Assembly (NCBI GenBank): GCA_964525555.1
Contig: CAZGHN010000003.1
Span: 160 to 64,159 of the forward strand
Length of the DNA stretch: 64,000 bases
Direction of reading: 5' to 3'
DNA from: an uncultured bacterium
GTDB taxonomy: Bacteria > Hydrothermota > UBA3072
The notes under the pieces were generated by a model. The model ran no database searches, had not been told where the DNA came from, and worked only from the letters and a program-made list of their open reading frames with translations. Position 1 is the first letter of the stretch. The number at the start of each line of letters is the position of its first letter. Of this stretch, positions 33,754-44,207 are shown piece by piece. The position numbers and the translations under genes were made by a program.

Positions 33754-35635
33754 GGAGATGACGCATTTTTTATTTGCGACAGATGAGGAAGATTTGCCTG
33801 GGATTCTTGAATTTATTGGGAAAGAAGGGAAATTTCATATTGTGGAGTTTTCGCATAATGGCCTGCGGGAGTCTGAATATAAAGGAATTTATTTAAAGTT
33901 AGAAGATTATGAAAAAAGAATAGAAGAGATAATTGAATATTTTGGTATTACAGTTGGGAGACAAATTTCGTCTGGTGCTGTGGATGTGAATGAAGTTGCG
34001 GATGAGGTTGGGAATTTTTTAAACGAATTTCAGCAAGAGCTCGGAGACAAAGAGGATAGGCTTGAAGAGCTAAAATATGAAGAGAAGCAATTGAATCTTG
34101 CTTCAGAACTTTTGAGTTTGCTTCCCGAATCGGATACGCCTATAGAGGAAATCCGTAGCGGCAGATTTCTTAAGATGTTGGGTGGAATGGTGCCTTATTC
34201 TGAAGAAAAAAATATTTTAGAGATTATAGAGGATAGGGACATTCTTGTTTACAGAAGAGCTGTTCAGGATAATCTGGTGCCATTAATAATATTTTGTTCA
34301 TCTCTTGAAATGGATTCATTGGATAAAGTTTTAGAGAGTGTCCATTTCAGCGGGCTTGATTTTTTTAATCATCTCCAAGGACCTATTGTGGGTTTGAAAG
34401 ATAAAATTGAGACTAAATTTTGGGAAATAAAGGAAGAGAGAACAGAACTTCAGTCTGCTATAAAGAAGACGGGCCGTAATTTAGAAGAAGAGATTTTGAA
34501 ATTAAAGGATGATATTCGTATTTCAAAGCTGGAGTTAAGATGGATGAGTAAGACGGCAAGATCAGAAAAGATTTTTTTTATAAGTACTTATTTGCCAAGT
34601 AGAGTAGTTCCGGAAATCAAGAAAAAAGGAGAGAATTTGAATCTTTATATCTTGAGCGAAGAGAACGTGAAGCGAAAAAGCAAAGAGGCAAACAAAACGC
34701 CCACCAAACTTGATAATCCTTTTGCTTTTCGACCTTTTGAATTTCTTGTTAGTTCTTATGGTGTGCCGTCATATAAAGGAATAGATCCGACCGTTTTTAC
34801 AACTCTATCGTTCCTGGTTTTTTTTGGTATTATGTTTGCGGATTTGGGACATGGACTTCTCTTGATCTTAGCAGGTGTTTCTTTGTACTTTATACGCGTA
34901 TTAAGAAGATTCGCTATTTTTCCCTTAGTTTTAGGAATATCTTCATCTATTTTTGGTACCATTTTCGGAGAGTTTTTCGGAACCCATCCTTTTGCCCCGA
35001 TATGGTTTTCTCCTTTCGAAGAACCAGAAAAAGCTATGCTTCTAGCAGTTTATCTTGGGATATTTATGGTTTCTTTTGGTTTTATTCTGCGTTTGATAGA
35101 GTTAGTTATGGAGAATAATAGAGAAGATTTGTTTCTTTCTGGTCACGGTTTACCCGGTTTTATTTTCTACCTTTCCTCACTTTCACTTGCTTTTTCTGTA
35201 ATTAATGGACATTCTGGTAGGATAATTCTGACGGAAGGTCTTATTATAGGAGTTAGCACCTTAGCAGTTGTTTTAGGAATTCCTTTAAAATATGCATTAA
35301 AGGAGGGGCTGAATTCCAATAAGTTATTGGTATCTCTGGGAGAATTGGTTCATCTTTCTCTTTCTATGATTTCCAATACTCTTTCTTTTATTCGAATAGC
35401 GGCTTTTAACATTGGACATGTAATTCTGACAATATCGCTGATTGAAATTGCGAATTTAATTGGAAATATGATCGGTACCGGAGGGGCCGCAACATTGTTT
35501 CTTGGGAATATTGCCATTATCGGGCTTGAAGCAATGATAGTTTTTATTCAGGGACTTAGACTTGAATACTATGAATTTTATTCTCGTTTCTTTGAAAAGG
35601 GAAAAGTAATTTACAAACCTGTAAAATTAAATTAG
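33740..35635 (+). CDS. ntpI: V-type ATPase subunit I (a-like membrane stator)
   Basis: Soluble N-terminal half, then a C-terminal multi-TM half with SNTLSFIRIAAFNIGH and LRLEYYEFYSRFF blocks. The start could be 33740 or 33767. Confidence 0.8.
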   Translation: MWVPEEMTHFLFATDEEDLPGILEFIGKEGKFHIVEFSHNGLRESEYKGIYLKLEDYEKRIEEIIEYFGITVGRQISSGAVDVNEVADEVGNFLNEFQQELGDKEDRLEELKYEEKQLNLASELLSLLPESDTPIEEIRSGRFLKMLGGMVPYSEEKNILEIIEDRDILVYRRAVQDNLVPLIIFCSSLEMDSLDKVLESVHFSGLDFFNHLQGPIVGLKDKIETKFWEIKEERTELQSAIKKTGRNLEEEILKLKDDIRISKLELRWMSKTARSEKIFFISTYLPSRVVPEIKKKGENLNLYILSEENVKRKSKEANKTPTKLDNPFAFRPFEFLVSSYGVPSYKGIDPTVFTTLSFLVFFGIMFADLGHGLLLILAGVSLYFIRVLRRFAIFPLVLGISSSIFGTIFGEFFGTHPFAPIWFSPFEEPEKAMLLAVYLGIFMVSFGFILRLIELVMENNREDLFLSGHGLPGFIFYLSSLSLAFSVINGHSGRIILTEGLIIGVSTLAVVLGIPLKYALKEGLNSNKLLVSLGELVHLSLSMISNTLSFIRIAAFNIGHVILTISLIEIANLIGNMIGTGGAATLFLGNIAIIGLEAMIVFIQGLRLEYYEFYSRFFEKGKVIYKPVKLN

Positions 35636-35644
35636 GAGGTAGTT

Positions 35645-36013
35645 ATGGGAAGATTTAGTGGTATTATACAAGGACTGAAAAAAATCAATGTCCTTCTTTT
35701 AATTGTTGCTGCGTCTTTTGGTATAATGGGTATATTTACTGTCTTAACACCTGTTGCTCTTTTCGGGCAGGAAAGTACGGTTTCCGGCTCTTCCGGTAAT
35801 TACGCAGGATTTGCTTTTCTTGCGGCAGGTTTATCGATTTCGGTTTCCGTGCTGGGAGCTGGAATAGCTCTTTCCAAGATAGGTTCGGCTGCTGTGGCTG
35901 CGATTGCGGAAAAGCCTGAAATTATGGGAGCTGCAATTGTCTTTGCGGGACTTGCCGAAGGGCTTTCTATCTGGGGGCTTATTGTTTCTGTGCTTATACT
36001 TATGAAAGTATGA
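35645..36013 (+). CDS. ntpK: V-type ATPase proteolipid subunit K (c)
   Basis: Gly/Ala-rich hairpin GLSISVSVLGAGIALSKIGSAAVAAIAEKPE..AIVFAGLAEGLSIWGLIVSVLIL with a membrane carboxylate (LAEGL). It also carries an extra N-terminal hydrophobic segment. Confidence 0.8.
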   Translation: MGRFSGIIQGLKKINVLLLIVAASFGIMGIFTVLTPVALFGQESTVSGSSGNYAGFAFLAAGLSISVSVLGAGIALSKIGSAAVAAIAEKPEIMGAAIVFAGLAEGLSIWGLIVSVLILMKV

Positions 36014-36312
36014 AGATAAAAGTTATAGGCGATGAATTTACATGTCTTGGTTTTACTCTTTCCGGGGTTTCTGTAACGCCTGTGGAAGGTGAAGATTCGG
36101 TAGCGGAGGAATTTGAGAAGGCTATTAGCGATAATGATGTAGGGATTATTCTTGTAACGGAAAACGAAGCTGATTTAATAAGGGATAATATCAATAAGCA
36201 GAAGACCGAGGGTGAACTGCCACTTGTTGTAGAAATTCCTTCCAGAAGTGGCTGGAAAGAAAGAGGTAAAGCGCTTGAATTAATCAAAAGAGTTTTATCT
36301 ATTAGTATATGA
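36010..36312 (+). CDS. ntpF: V-type ATPase subunit F
   Basis: MKIKVIGDEFTCLGFTLSGV..DVGIILVTENEADLI pattern; 100 aa. Confidence 0.8.
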   Translation: MKIKVIGDEFTCLGFTLSGVSVTPVEGEDSVAEEFEKAISDNDVGIILVTENEADLIRDNINKQKTEGELPLVVEIPSRSGWKERGKALELIKRVLSISI

Positions 36313-36678
36313 AAGAGAAAAACTTGGCCACAAAGGCACAAAGACACAAAGGTAGAATTATGAATTTTGAACCATTGTTTAAGAAAAATGAAATATTAAA
36401 ATTTAAAAAGGAAAATGACAAATAAAAATGCAAAAACTAAAAATGATAGGATGAAAGATTAATGCTGATTGAAAAGGATTCTTTGTTTGTTTCTTTTTGT
36501 TCATTTTTGAACTTTGATTTATCATTTTCCATTTTGGCATTTGATTTTTACATTATTTGAGAGGGTATAAAAAGATATGTTATATAATCTTAATGCTTTG
36601 GTTGGTGACTTAGTGATGAATAAAATAATGATATTTAATCTTAGTGCCTTGGTGTTATTCGTGGCGTAAGAAATTATT
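36313..36678. repeat. 366-nt non-coding spacer inside the V-ATPase operon, filled with stutter runs
   Basis: Runs include ccacaaaggcacaaagacacaaagg (36328-36352), aaaatgacaaataaaaatgcaaaaactaaaaatgatagg, tttgttcatttttgaactttgatttatcattttccattttggcatttgatttttacatt, and aatcttaatgctttggttggtgacttagtgatg...aatcttagtgccttggtg. Confidence 0.7.
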
Positions 36679-37257
36679 ATGAAAAAAGATATAAATGAAT
36701 TGAGAGAAAAAATAATTAGTAATGCCGAGAAAGAGGCAGAAAATCTCCTTTCCAGAGCTAAGAAAGTTGAAAAACGCATATTAATTCAAGCAAGAGAAGA
36801 AGAGAAAAAAATTAAAGAAGAGGCTGAAAAAAAGGGTAAATCCTTGTTTGAAAAGGAAAAAATGAGGATAAATTCAAAGAAAAAAAATGATGAGAAAAAA
36901 GAATTCTTTTCGTTGAGGAATAAACTTTTTGAATTATTGCATAAGGATTTGGAAGAAGCGCTTGTTTTAATGCTTGAAACCGGTAAGCTGGACGATTGGG
37001 TAAAGTCGTGCTGCGAGGAGATTATTAAAGAAGAAAAAGAAGTTACTTTGGTTGCAAGAGAAGAAGACCTCGGAGGTTTAAAGAAGATCTGTAGCGGGCT
37101 AAATGGCTTAAAATTTGCTCATGAGCCGGTAACAGGCGGTTTTTTAATAAGGAGTAAAGAAAACGAATATGATTTTCGTTTTTCCGTTCTTTCTTCTAAT
37201 ATATTGAAACAAAATATGAAAATGGTTGCCGATAAATTGGGGGTTAGCAGTGGGTGA
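36679..37257 (+). CDS. ntpE: V-type ATPase subunit E
   Basis: N-terminal long coiled coil (INELREKIISNAEKEAENLLSRAKKVEK..) plus a globular C-terminus; 192 aa. Confidence 0.65.
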   Translation: MKKDINELREKIISNAEKEAENLLSRAKKVEKRILIQAREEEKKIKEEAEKKGKSLFEKEKMRINSKKKNDEKKEFFSLRNKLFELLHKDLEEALVLMLETGKLDDWVKSCCEEIIKEEKEVTLVAREEDLGGLKKICSGLNGLKFAHEPVTGGFLIRSKENEYDFRFSVLSSNILKQNMKMVADKLGVSSG

Positions 37258-39010
37258 GGCTATAATTAAAAGAATTGAAGGTCCCATAATTATATCTAAA
37301 AATACCCGGGATATCGAAATGAATGAGGAAGTTCGTATCGGTGATGAGAATCTTGTGGGAGAGGTTATAAGAATTAATGGTGATGAATCTATGATACAGA
37401 TATATGAAGATACGACCGGGCTTTCGCCCGGGATTAAAATATTTGGTACCGGAAAGCCCTTGTCGGTTGAATTAGGCCCCGGAATTATATCCAATACCTT
37501 TGACGGAATACAACGCCCTCTTACTGTAATAAAAGAAAAACAGGGTATTTTTATAAAAAGAGGGGCAAAAGTGTCTGCACTTCTGCGGGATAAAAAATGG
37601 AAAGTCGATATAAAAGTGAATAAAGGAGATGAAGTCTTTCCTAATTCTATAATCGGAGAAGTGGAAGAGACTTCTCTCGTTAAGCATAGAATTTTGGTTC
37701 CTCCCGGGATTACCGGGAAGGTTATCGAGGTGGAAGAGACTTCCGATTATAGGGTTACAGATATCATTTGCCTGGTGGAAAGAATAGATGGTGAAAGAGA
37801 AGAAATCAAGTTATTTCATTCCTGGCCGGTGAGAAAAAAGAGACCTTTTTTGGAAAGAATTCCACCGGAAGAGATAATGTTTACGGGTCAGCGGGTTATA
37901 GATTCGGTTTTCCCGATTGCAAAGGGTGGGGTTGCGGCGATCCCGGGAGGATTTGGTACAGGTAAAACCGTAACTCAGCATTCTCTCGCCAAATGGTCTG
38001 ATGTAGATATAATTATATACATTGGTTGTGGTGAAAGAGGTAATGAAATGGCACAGGTATTGGAAGAATTTCCCGCACTCAAAGATCCCAGATCCGGTAA
38101 ATCTCTTATGGAACGAACCATCCTTATTGCTAATACTTCCAATATGCCGGTTACTGCCAGAGAGTCCAGCATATATACAGGTATAACTATAGCCGAATAT
38201 TTTCGCGATATGGGATATGATGTTGCTCTCTTTGCCGATTCTACTTCACGCTGGGCTGAAGCCCTTCGAGAAATATCCGGTAGAATGGAGCAGATGCCTG
38301 CAGAAAAAGGTTTTCCAGCTTATTTATCTTCCAGGCTTGCCGGGTTTTATGAGAGGGGAGGTAGAGTCAAAGTTGCAGAAGATAGAATAGGCTCCGTCAG
38401 TATAGTAGGAGCGGTATCGCCGCCGGGTGGTGATTTTTCCGAGCCGGTTACAAGTCATACGAAACGTTTTATTAGTACATTCTGGGTTTTAGATAGGGAA
38501 CTTGCATATTCAAGACATTATCCGGCTATATCCTGGACGGAATCATATTCAGGATATTTAGATAGAGTTAGCAGCTGGTGGGAAAGTAAAGGTTTGTCTA
38601 ATAAAGAGTTACGTAATAAATTGATGGCTATTCTCCTTCTGGATTCGCATTTAAGAGAAATTGTACAATTAGTAGGAGAAGGAGCTCTTCCGGAAAGAGA
38701 GCGACTTACTTTAAGGAAAGCCGAACTTATCAAGGAAAGTTTCTTACAGCAAAATTCTCTTTCTATTATTGATGGATATTGCGGACCTGAAAAACAGTAT
38801 AGAATGCTAAAAACTATATTTGATTTCGGAGATGGAGCGGAAGATCTTCTTAAGATAGGTGTTCCTTTATTTAAGATAGAGGAATTACCGGTTTTTTCCG
38901 AGATTAAAAGAATGAAAGAAGAAATAAAAAATGATGACTTGCATAAATTCGATGAGTTGGCGTCGAGAATTGAAGAGAATTTTTCTGACCTGAGGAAAGA
39001 ATATGGATAA
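37226..39010 (+). CDS. ntpA: V-type ATPase catalytic subunit A
   Basis: Walker A GGFGTGKT, then GERGNEM and [13 protein letters not shown] blocks. An alternative GTG start at 37250 is possible. Confidence 0.92.
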   Translation: MPINWGLAVGEAIIKRIEGPIIISKNTRDIEMNEEVRIGDENLVGEVIRINGDESMIQIYEDTTGLSPGIKIFGTGKPLSVELGPGIISNTFDGIQRPLTVIKEKQGIFIKRGAKVSALLRDKKWKVDIKVNKGDEVFPNSIIGEVEETSLVKHRILVPPGITGKVIEVEETSDYRVTDIICLVERIDGEREEIKLFHSWPVRKKRPFLERIPPEEIMFTGQRVIDSVFPIAKGGVAAIPGGFGTGKTVTQHSLAKWSDVDIIIYIGCGERGNEMAQVLEEFPALKDPRSGKSLMERTILIANTSNMPVTARESSIYTGITIAEYFRDMGYDVALFADSTSRWAEALREISGRMEQMPAEKGFPAYLSSRLAGFYERGGRVKVAEDRIGSVSIVGAVSPPGGDFSEPVTSHTKRFISTFWVLDRELAYSRHYPAISWTESYSGYLDRVSSWWESKGLSNKELRNKLMAILLLDSHLREIVQLVGEGALPERERLTLRKAELIKESFLQQNSLSIIDGYCGPEKQYRMLKTIFDFGDGAEDLLKIGVPLFKIEELPVFSEIKRMKEEIKNDDLHKFDELASRIEENFSDLRKEYG

Positions 39011-40379
39011 ATTGTATGAGAAAAAACAGATAGGTGCAAATGTAATAAGCGGTCCGCTTCTCATAATTGAAGGTGTCAGAGGTGTTGGATTCGGAGAGAT
39101 GGTTGAAATAGAACAAGATGATGAAAAAAGACTGGGTAGAGTGATCGATATTGACGAGGATCGGGCTGTAGTGCAGATTTTTTCCGGTACCAGCGGTATA
39201 AACAGAGAGAAAGTAAGGACCAGATTCGTAGGTTCTCCGATTACTATTTCTGTATCAGAAGAGATGCTTGGAAGAGTTTTTGATGGACTTGGAAGACCTT
39301 TAGACGGAGGAGGTGAGGTTTTGGGTGAAGATGAAAGAGACGTCAATGGTTTTCCTTTGAATCCCGACGTACGCGAATATCCAAGGGAGAATATTATAAC
39401 CGGTATATCTGCGATAGATTCTCTTGCAACTTTGATTCGGGGTCAGAAATTGCCGATATTTTCCGGCTCGGGCTTACCTCATAATGAAATAGCTGCTCAG
39501 ATTGTTAATCAAGCGAGAATCTCTACCAAAGAAGAATTCGTTGTTGTTTTTGCTGCTATGGGGATAAGAGCCGATGAAGCAGAATTTTTTCAAAGGAAAT
39601 TTGAGGAAGGAGGAGAATTAGGGCGTTTGATAACTTTTCTTAATTTAGCTGATAGCCCTTCGGTAGAGAGACTGATTACGCCCCGTTGTGCTCTTAGCGT
39701 AGCTGAGTTTTTTGCTTTCGAGAAGGATAAACATGTTCTTGTAATACTGACCGATATTACGAATTATTGTGAGGCTTTAAGGGAAGTATCTTCGGTTAGA
39801 GGAGAAGTTCCCTCGCGGAAGGGTTATCCTGGATACCTTTACAGTGATCTTGCTTCGCTTTATGAGAGGACGGGTAGAATTAAGGGTAAAAAGGGTTCTA
39901 TTACGCAGATACCGATACTTACCATGCCAAATGACGATATAACGCACCCGATTCCTGACCTTACCGGTTACATAACGGAAGGGCAAATCGTTCTTTCTAG
40001 AGATATGCATCAGAAGGGTATATACCCACCTTTTGATACTCTTTCCTCTCTTTCGAGGTTAATGAAAGATGGTATTGGGGAAGGTAAGACCAGAAAAGAC
40101 CATGCGAACCTTTACGGACAATTGTATGCTTCTTATTCGAGGGTTCAAAAAGTTCGTTCTCTGGCTTCGATAATCGGAGAAGAGGAATTATCTGAAGTGG
40201 ATAGAAGTTATCTTAATTTCGGAGAAAAATTCGAGAAGTCTTTCCTTCAGCAAGACTCTAAAGAATCTTACACTATCGAAGAAACTCTAAACAGAGGTTG
40301 GGAATTGCTTCGCATACTCCCTAGAAATGAGTTGACCAGAGTAAAAGAAGTTGAAATAAATGAATTTTTGGGAGGTTAA
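39003..40379 (+). CDS. ntpB: V-type ATPase subunit B
   Basis: [31 protein letters not shown] and [17 protein letters not shown] blocks. Confidence 0.92.
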   Translation: MDKLYEKKQIGANVISGPLLIIEGVRGVGFGEMVEIEQDDEKRLGRVIDIDEDRAVVQIFSGTSGINREKVRTRFVGSPITISVSEEMLGRVFDGLGRPLDGGGEVLGEDERDVNGFPLNPDVREYPRENIITGISAIDSLATLIRGQKLPIFSGSGLPHNEIAAQIVNQARISTKEEFVVVFAAMGIRADEAEFFQRKFEEGGELGRLITFLNLADSPSVERLITPRCALSVAEFFAFEKDKHVLVILTDITNYCEALREVSSVRGEVPSRKGYPGYLYSDLASLYERTGRIKGKKGSITQIPILTMPNDDITHPIPDLTGYITEGQIVLSRDMHQKGIYPPFDTLSSLSRLMKDGIGEGKTRKDHANLYGQLYASYSRVQKVRSLASIIGEEELSEVDRSYLNFGEKFEKSFLQQDSKESYTIEETLNRGWELLRILPRNELTRVKEVEINEFLGG

Positions 40380-40985
40380 ATGCGTGTAGCTCCGACGCAG
40401 AGTAATTTGTTGAAACTTAAAAGGAAGTTGGAAATTACAGAAGAGGGATATGGTCTCCTTGATGAAAAGAGAGAAGTGATGATAATGGAGTTGATGAGAA
40501 ACATACGTGGTTTTAAAGAAATGGAAGAAGAAGTTACTCAGGAATTGAAAGAGGCTTATGGTGCACTTGAAAAAGCATGGGTTTATACGGGTAGGGAAAA
40601 AATAGAGAATTCCATAGGAGACGAAGAAGAAGTTAATGTTGAAGTTCGGTTCAGATCGGTTATGGGAATTCCTGTGCCGGAATTTCTTTTGGATGTTCCC
40701 TCGAAAAAGGTTCAAGCGAGTCTTGACTCGACTGATGAGTATTTTGATGACGCTTTTATAAGGTTCAGAGAAATAATTGAAGTTATTGCCAAGTGGGCTG
40801 AAAAAGAGATACTTATATGGAGACTCGGGTCGGAGATAAGTAAAACCCAGAAGAGGGTAAATGCCTTGGAGAAGATTTTTATACCTCAGTATAAAGAAGA
40901 TATCAGTAGAATAGAAGATAGTCTTGAGGAGGAAGAAAGAGAAGCATTTTTTAGAATGAAAAGGTTGAAAAGAGGAGAAAAATAA
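40380..40985 (+). CDS. ntpD: V-type ATPase subunit D
   Basis: MRVAPTQSNLLKLKRKLEITEEGYGLLDEKREVMIMEL is a typical subunit D N-terminus. Confidence 0.85.
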   Translation: MRVAPTQSNLLKLKRKLEITEEGYGLLDEKREVMIMELMRNIRGFKEMEEEVTQELKEAYGALEKAWVYTGREKIENSIGDEEEVNVEVRFRSVMGIPVPEFLLDVPSKKVQASLDSTDEYFDDAFIRFREIIEVIAKWAEKEILIWRLGSEISKTQKRVNALEKIFIPQYKEDISRIEDSLEEEEREAFFRMKRLKRGEK

Positions 40986-40990
40986 TTATT

Positions 40991-41431
40991 ATGGAAAAAA
41001 TTCTTTTATATATAATTTCAGGAGAAACAAGGGCTTCCTGGGATAGGGCTGTAGAAATTAGTAAAGGTCTTTCAGCTACTCTATATGCTTTATTCATCGT
41101 AGATAAGGATTTGGTTAAGACTGTAGCAAATATGAGAGGATTAGATGAAATCGATACTGCTATACAGATTGAAGAAGAGGGTTGGAAATATCTTTACTAT
41201 CTTGAAGATAAGGCAGTTAATGAGGGTGTTAAGACGGCTCTTTTTGTTGAGGAAGGTGATTCTATTGATATCCTTAGAAGATTCGTGAAAGAAAGAAATA
41301 TTGAGCTGCTTATTGTAGGACATCGAAGCGGACAGGGTGTCGAGGGAAGGAAAGTAGAAAGAATGATTCAGCAGATGATTGAATATGTTCAATGTCCGAT
41401 TCTTATTGAAAAAGAGGGAGGAAAGAGATGA
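40991..41431 (+). CDS. universal stress protein (UspA family)
   Basis: 146 aa with ..ATLYALFIVD.., ..IELLIVGHRSGQG.. and ..CPILI.. patterns. Confidence 0.65.
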   Translation: MEKILLYIISGETRASWDRAVEISKGLSATLYALFIVDKDLVKTVANMRGLDEIDTAIQIEEEGWKYLYYLEDKAVNEGVKTALFVEEGDSIDILRRFVKERNIELLIVGHRSGQGVEGRKVERMIQQMIEYVQCPILIEKEGGKR

Positions 41432-41880
41432 TTGAAGAATTTCTCGATGAGGACTTAATTATTGTTTTAGATAAGATTGAAGATAAATTCACAATGATTG
41501 AAAAGATGGTGGACCAGGCTCTTCGAAAGGGAGTTATAATGACAAGGGAACCAATTTTGCATAAGATTAGAGAAAGAGAGGAGTTGGAAAGCACCGGAGT
41601 GGTTGAAGGTATAGCCATACCGCATGCAAGAACTGAAGCAGTTAAAGATCTTTTAATGGTTATAGGAATTATTAAAGAAGGTCTGGATTTTAATTCTCTT
41701 GATGGAAAACCGGTTAATATTGTTTTTCTGATTGTAGCTCCTGAAGAAGCGAAGAGTAAATATATACAGGTTCTTGCGCGAATATCGAGGATGTGCAGAC
41801 AGGAAGATTTCCGGAAGACTTTGCTGGGTACGACTTCACCTTCCGAAGTGATTTCGGTTTTGCGAAAATTTGATACTTAA
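41428..41880 (+). CDS. PTS EIIA type-2 domain protein (PtsN-like regulator)
   Basis: GIAIPHARTEAV (phospho-His site) and VNIVFLIVAPEE blocks; 150 aa. Confidence 0.75.
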   Translation: MIEEFLDEDLIIVLDKIEDKFTMIEKMVDQALRKGVIMTREPILHKIREREELESTGVVEGIAIPHARTEAVKDLLMVIGIIKEGLDFNSLDGKPVNIVFLIVAPEEAKSKYIQVLARISRMCRQEDFRKTLLGTTSPSEVISVLRKFDT

Positions 41881-41893
41881 GAAGGATCCTTAG

Positions 41894-43126
41894 ATGAAGT
41901 ATTACGCGGATTTTCATATTCATTCTAAATATTCTATGGCAACGAGTAAACATATGGAGATTCCTTTTATTGCAAGAGAAGCAAAAGCTAAAGGAATTAA
42001 TCTCGTAGGCACCGGTGATTTTACGAACCCGGGATGGCTTTATATGTTGGAGGAAGGATTAAAGGAAACCGATCGGGAAGGGATTTATGGGTTTGAAGGA
42101 ATAGATTTTATTTTATCAGCTGAGGTATGCAATATATACAATGAGAGAGGGCAGACAAAAAAAGTTCACTCCCTTATTATTTTACCAGACTTTGAGATGG
42201 TAAAAGAGTTCAATAAAAACATAAGAAGATTTGGTAAATTGGAGGCTGACGGAAGGCCTATTCTTACTTTTACCCTACATGATCTGGCTGAGACTCTTTT
42301 TTCGGTATATGAAGACGCTATTTTAATTCCTGCTCATCTCTGGACCCCATGGTTTGGGCTTTTCGGTTCTCAATCAGGATTTGATTCTATATCGGAAGCA
42401 TTCGGTGATTACAGCGGAAAGATTTATGCGGTAGAAACGGGTCTTTCATCGGATCCACCTATGAACTGGCTTTTATCTTCTCTTGATGAAATAACCCTTA
42501 TTTCGAATTCTGATGCGCATTCTCCTGCCAACATAGGCAGAGAAGCCAATTGTTTTAGACAGGTAATAGATTATCCTGTTCTTCTGGATGTTTTAAAAAA
42601 TCAAGATACAAATGTGTTTGATTTTACGGTAGAATTCTTTCCTGAGGAAGGTAAATACCATTACGACGGTCATAGGAAATGTAATGTGACTTTTCATCCT
42701 GATGATTCAAAAAAACACAATAATATTTGCCCGGAATGTGGTAGACCTTTAACTCTTGGAGTCCTTCACCGTGTTTGCGATCTTGCGGATAGGACTGCTG
42801 CGAAAAGCGAGGGTAGAGTTGTCTATAAAAGACTTATTCCGCTTAAGGAGATAATTGCGGATTCTCTGGGGGTTGGAACTAAAACGAGAGCAGTAGAAGA
42901 TACTTATAGAAAACTTACGACTTATTTTGGTAACGAATTTAGAATACTTCTTGATCTTCCTGAAAAGGATTTGATTGCTTCTACCGAGGAAAAAATAGCC
43001 CGATCTATTATTAAAGTTAGGAAAGAGCAAGTCGAAATTCGTCCGGGTTTCGATGGTGTTTACGGACGTATTGTAATTCCTGAAGAAAAGTCTGAAAAAA
43101 TTGTAAAACAACAATCTCTTTTTTGA
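41894..43126 (+). CDS. PHP-domain protein resembling endonuclease Q (TIGR00375-like)
   Basis: N-terminal YADFHIHSKYSMATS PHP motif, internal AHLWTPW and SDAHSP, and a zinc ribbon CPECGRPLTLGVLHRV. About 410 aa, as recalled for EndoQ. Confidence 0.55.
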   Translation: MKYYADFHIHSKYSMATSKHMEIPFIAREAKAKGINLVGTGDFTNPGWLYMLEEGLKETDREGIYGFEGIDFILSAEVCNIYNERGQTKKVHSLIILPDFEMVKEFNKNIRRFGKLEADGRPILTFTLHDLAETLFSVYEDAILIPAHLWTPWFGLFGSQSGFDSISEAFGDYSGKIYAVETGLSSDPPMNWLLSSLDEITLISNSDAHSPANIGREANCFRQVIDYPVLLDVLKNQDTNVFDFTVEFFPEEGKYHYDGHRKCNVTFHPDDSKKHNNICPECGRPLTLGVLHRVCDLADRTAAKSEGRVVYKRLIPLKEIIADSLGVGTKTRAVEDTYRKLTTYFGNEFRILLDLPEKDLIASTEEKIARSIIKVRKEQVEIRPGFDGVYGRIVIPEEKSEKIVKQQSLF

Positions 43127-43620
43127 TGAATAGAATATTCGCTCCCTGGAGATATAAATATGTGAAAAATCCAAATGCTGAAGGTTGTATTTTTTGCAAG
43201 GCAGTAGATTCTGGTGATGATAAAAAATCCGGAGTTCTTTTTCGTGGAGAGACCTCTTTTGTAATAATGAATATTTTTCCTTACAATAACGGACATATAA
43301 TGGTAGCTCCATATAGACATACTGGTGATTTTGGTTCGATGAGCGAGAAGGAAATGTTGGAGATGTCTGTTTTACTTGCAAAATGGCAAAGAATTGTAAA
43401 GAGAGCAATGAACCCCGATGGCTTTAATTTAGGGATGAATCTCGGCAGGATAGCTGGTGCGGGTTTTGAAGATCATCTTCATTATCATCTTGTTCCGAGA
43501 TGGAGCGGCGACACAAACTTTATGCCTGTAATAGGTGAGACAAAAGTGGTTCCGATGTCTATAGAAGAAGGCTATGAACTTTTATTAAAAATTTATAAGG
43601 AAACGGGAGAAAAAAGTTAA
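43123..43620 (+). CDS. HIT-family nucleotide hydrolase/transferase
   Basis: Histidine triad HLHYHLVPRW and a CIFC N-terminal motif. Confidence 0.8.
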   Translation: MMNRIFAPWRYKYVKNPNAEGCIFCKAVDSGDDKKSGVLFRGETSFVIMNIFPYNNGHIMVAPYRHTGDFGSMSEKEMLEMSVLLAKWQRIVKRAMNPDGFNLGMNLGRIAGAGFEDHLHYHLVPRWSGDTNFMPVIGETKVVPMSIEEGYELLLKIYKETGEKS

Positions 43621-43656
43621 AATGCCGTTAATAATTGGAAAAGTAAAAAAATATGC

Positions 43657-43685
43657 TTGACAATGTTAGCTCATTTAGTTATCAT
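43657..43685 (+). promoter_or_regulatory. sigma70-like promoter candidate for the pal-tol operon
   Basis: TTGACA (43657-43662), 17-nt spacer, TATCAT (43680-43685). Confidence 0.55.
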
Positions 43686-43705
43686 TAATAAAAAATGGAG
43701 GCAAG

Positions 43706-44176
43706 ATGAAATATGTAAAGCTATTTGTACCAGTACTGGTGATTATTGTTTTGTTCTTTGGGTGTGCCAGTCAGCCTGTTGTTGAAGAAGAAGTAGTCGA
43801 AGAGCCCGAGGTTGTTGAAGAAGATACAGTTGAAGTTGAAGAACCTGAAAGGCCGGAACTTGTCTTAAATCGTATATTCTTTGATTTCGACAAATCCGAC
43901 ATCAAACCGGAAGCGTCAGATATTCTTAATGCCAATGCCGAAATGCTTGAATTATATCCGGAAGTGAGCGTAGTTATTGAAGGGCATTGTTGTAGAATAG
44001 GAACTTCTGAATATAATATGGCTCTTGGCGAAAGAAGGGCGAAAGCCGCTTATGACTATCTTGTAAAAGCTGGCGTTGCTGCAGATAATCTATCAACTGT
44101 GAGTTATGGAGAAGAGCGCCCGCTTGATGAGAAGGTTCTTGAAAAGAATCGTCGTTGCGAGTTTGTCGTAAAATAA
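43706..44176 (+). CDS. pal: peptidoglycan-associated lipoprotein
   Basis: Lipobox LFFGC, an acidic linker, then OmpA-like domain IFFDFDKSDI..GHCCRIGTSEYNMALGERRA..SYGEERP. Confidence 0.8.
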   Translation: MKYVKLFVPVLVIIVLFFGCASQPVVEEEVVEEPEVVEEDTVEVEEPERPELVLNRIFFDFDKSDIKPEASDILNANAEMLELYPEVSVVIEGHCCRIGTSEYNMALGERRAKAAYDYLVKAGVAADNLSTVSYGEERPLDEKVLEKNRRCEFVVK

Positions 44177-44207
44177 AAGAGTTACTCCATAAGATAAAGT
44201 TATTTTT

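Noticed and set aside
38518-39346. Minus-strand ORFs of 173 and 153 aa across the ntpA/ntpB junction, and the 219-aa minus ORF at 42749-43408
   Set aside because: They are antisense to genes with unmistakable motifs (Walker A of ntpA, ntpB, the PHP protein, HIT). They are not credible coding regions.
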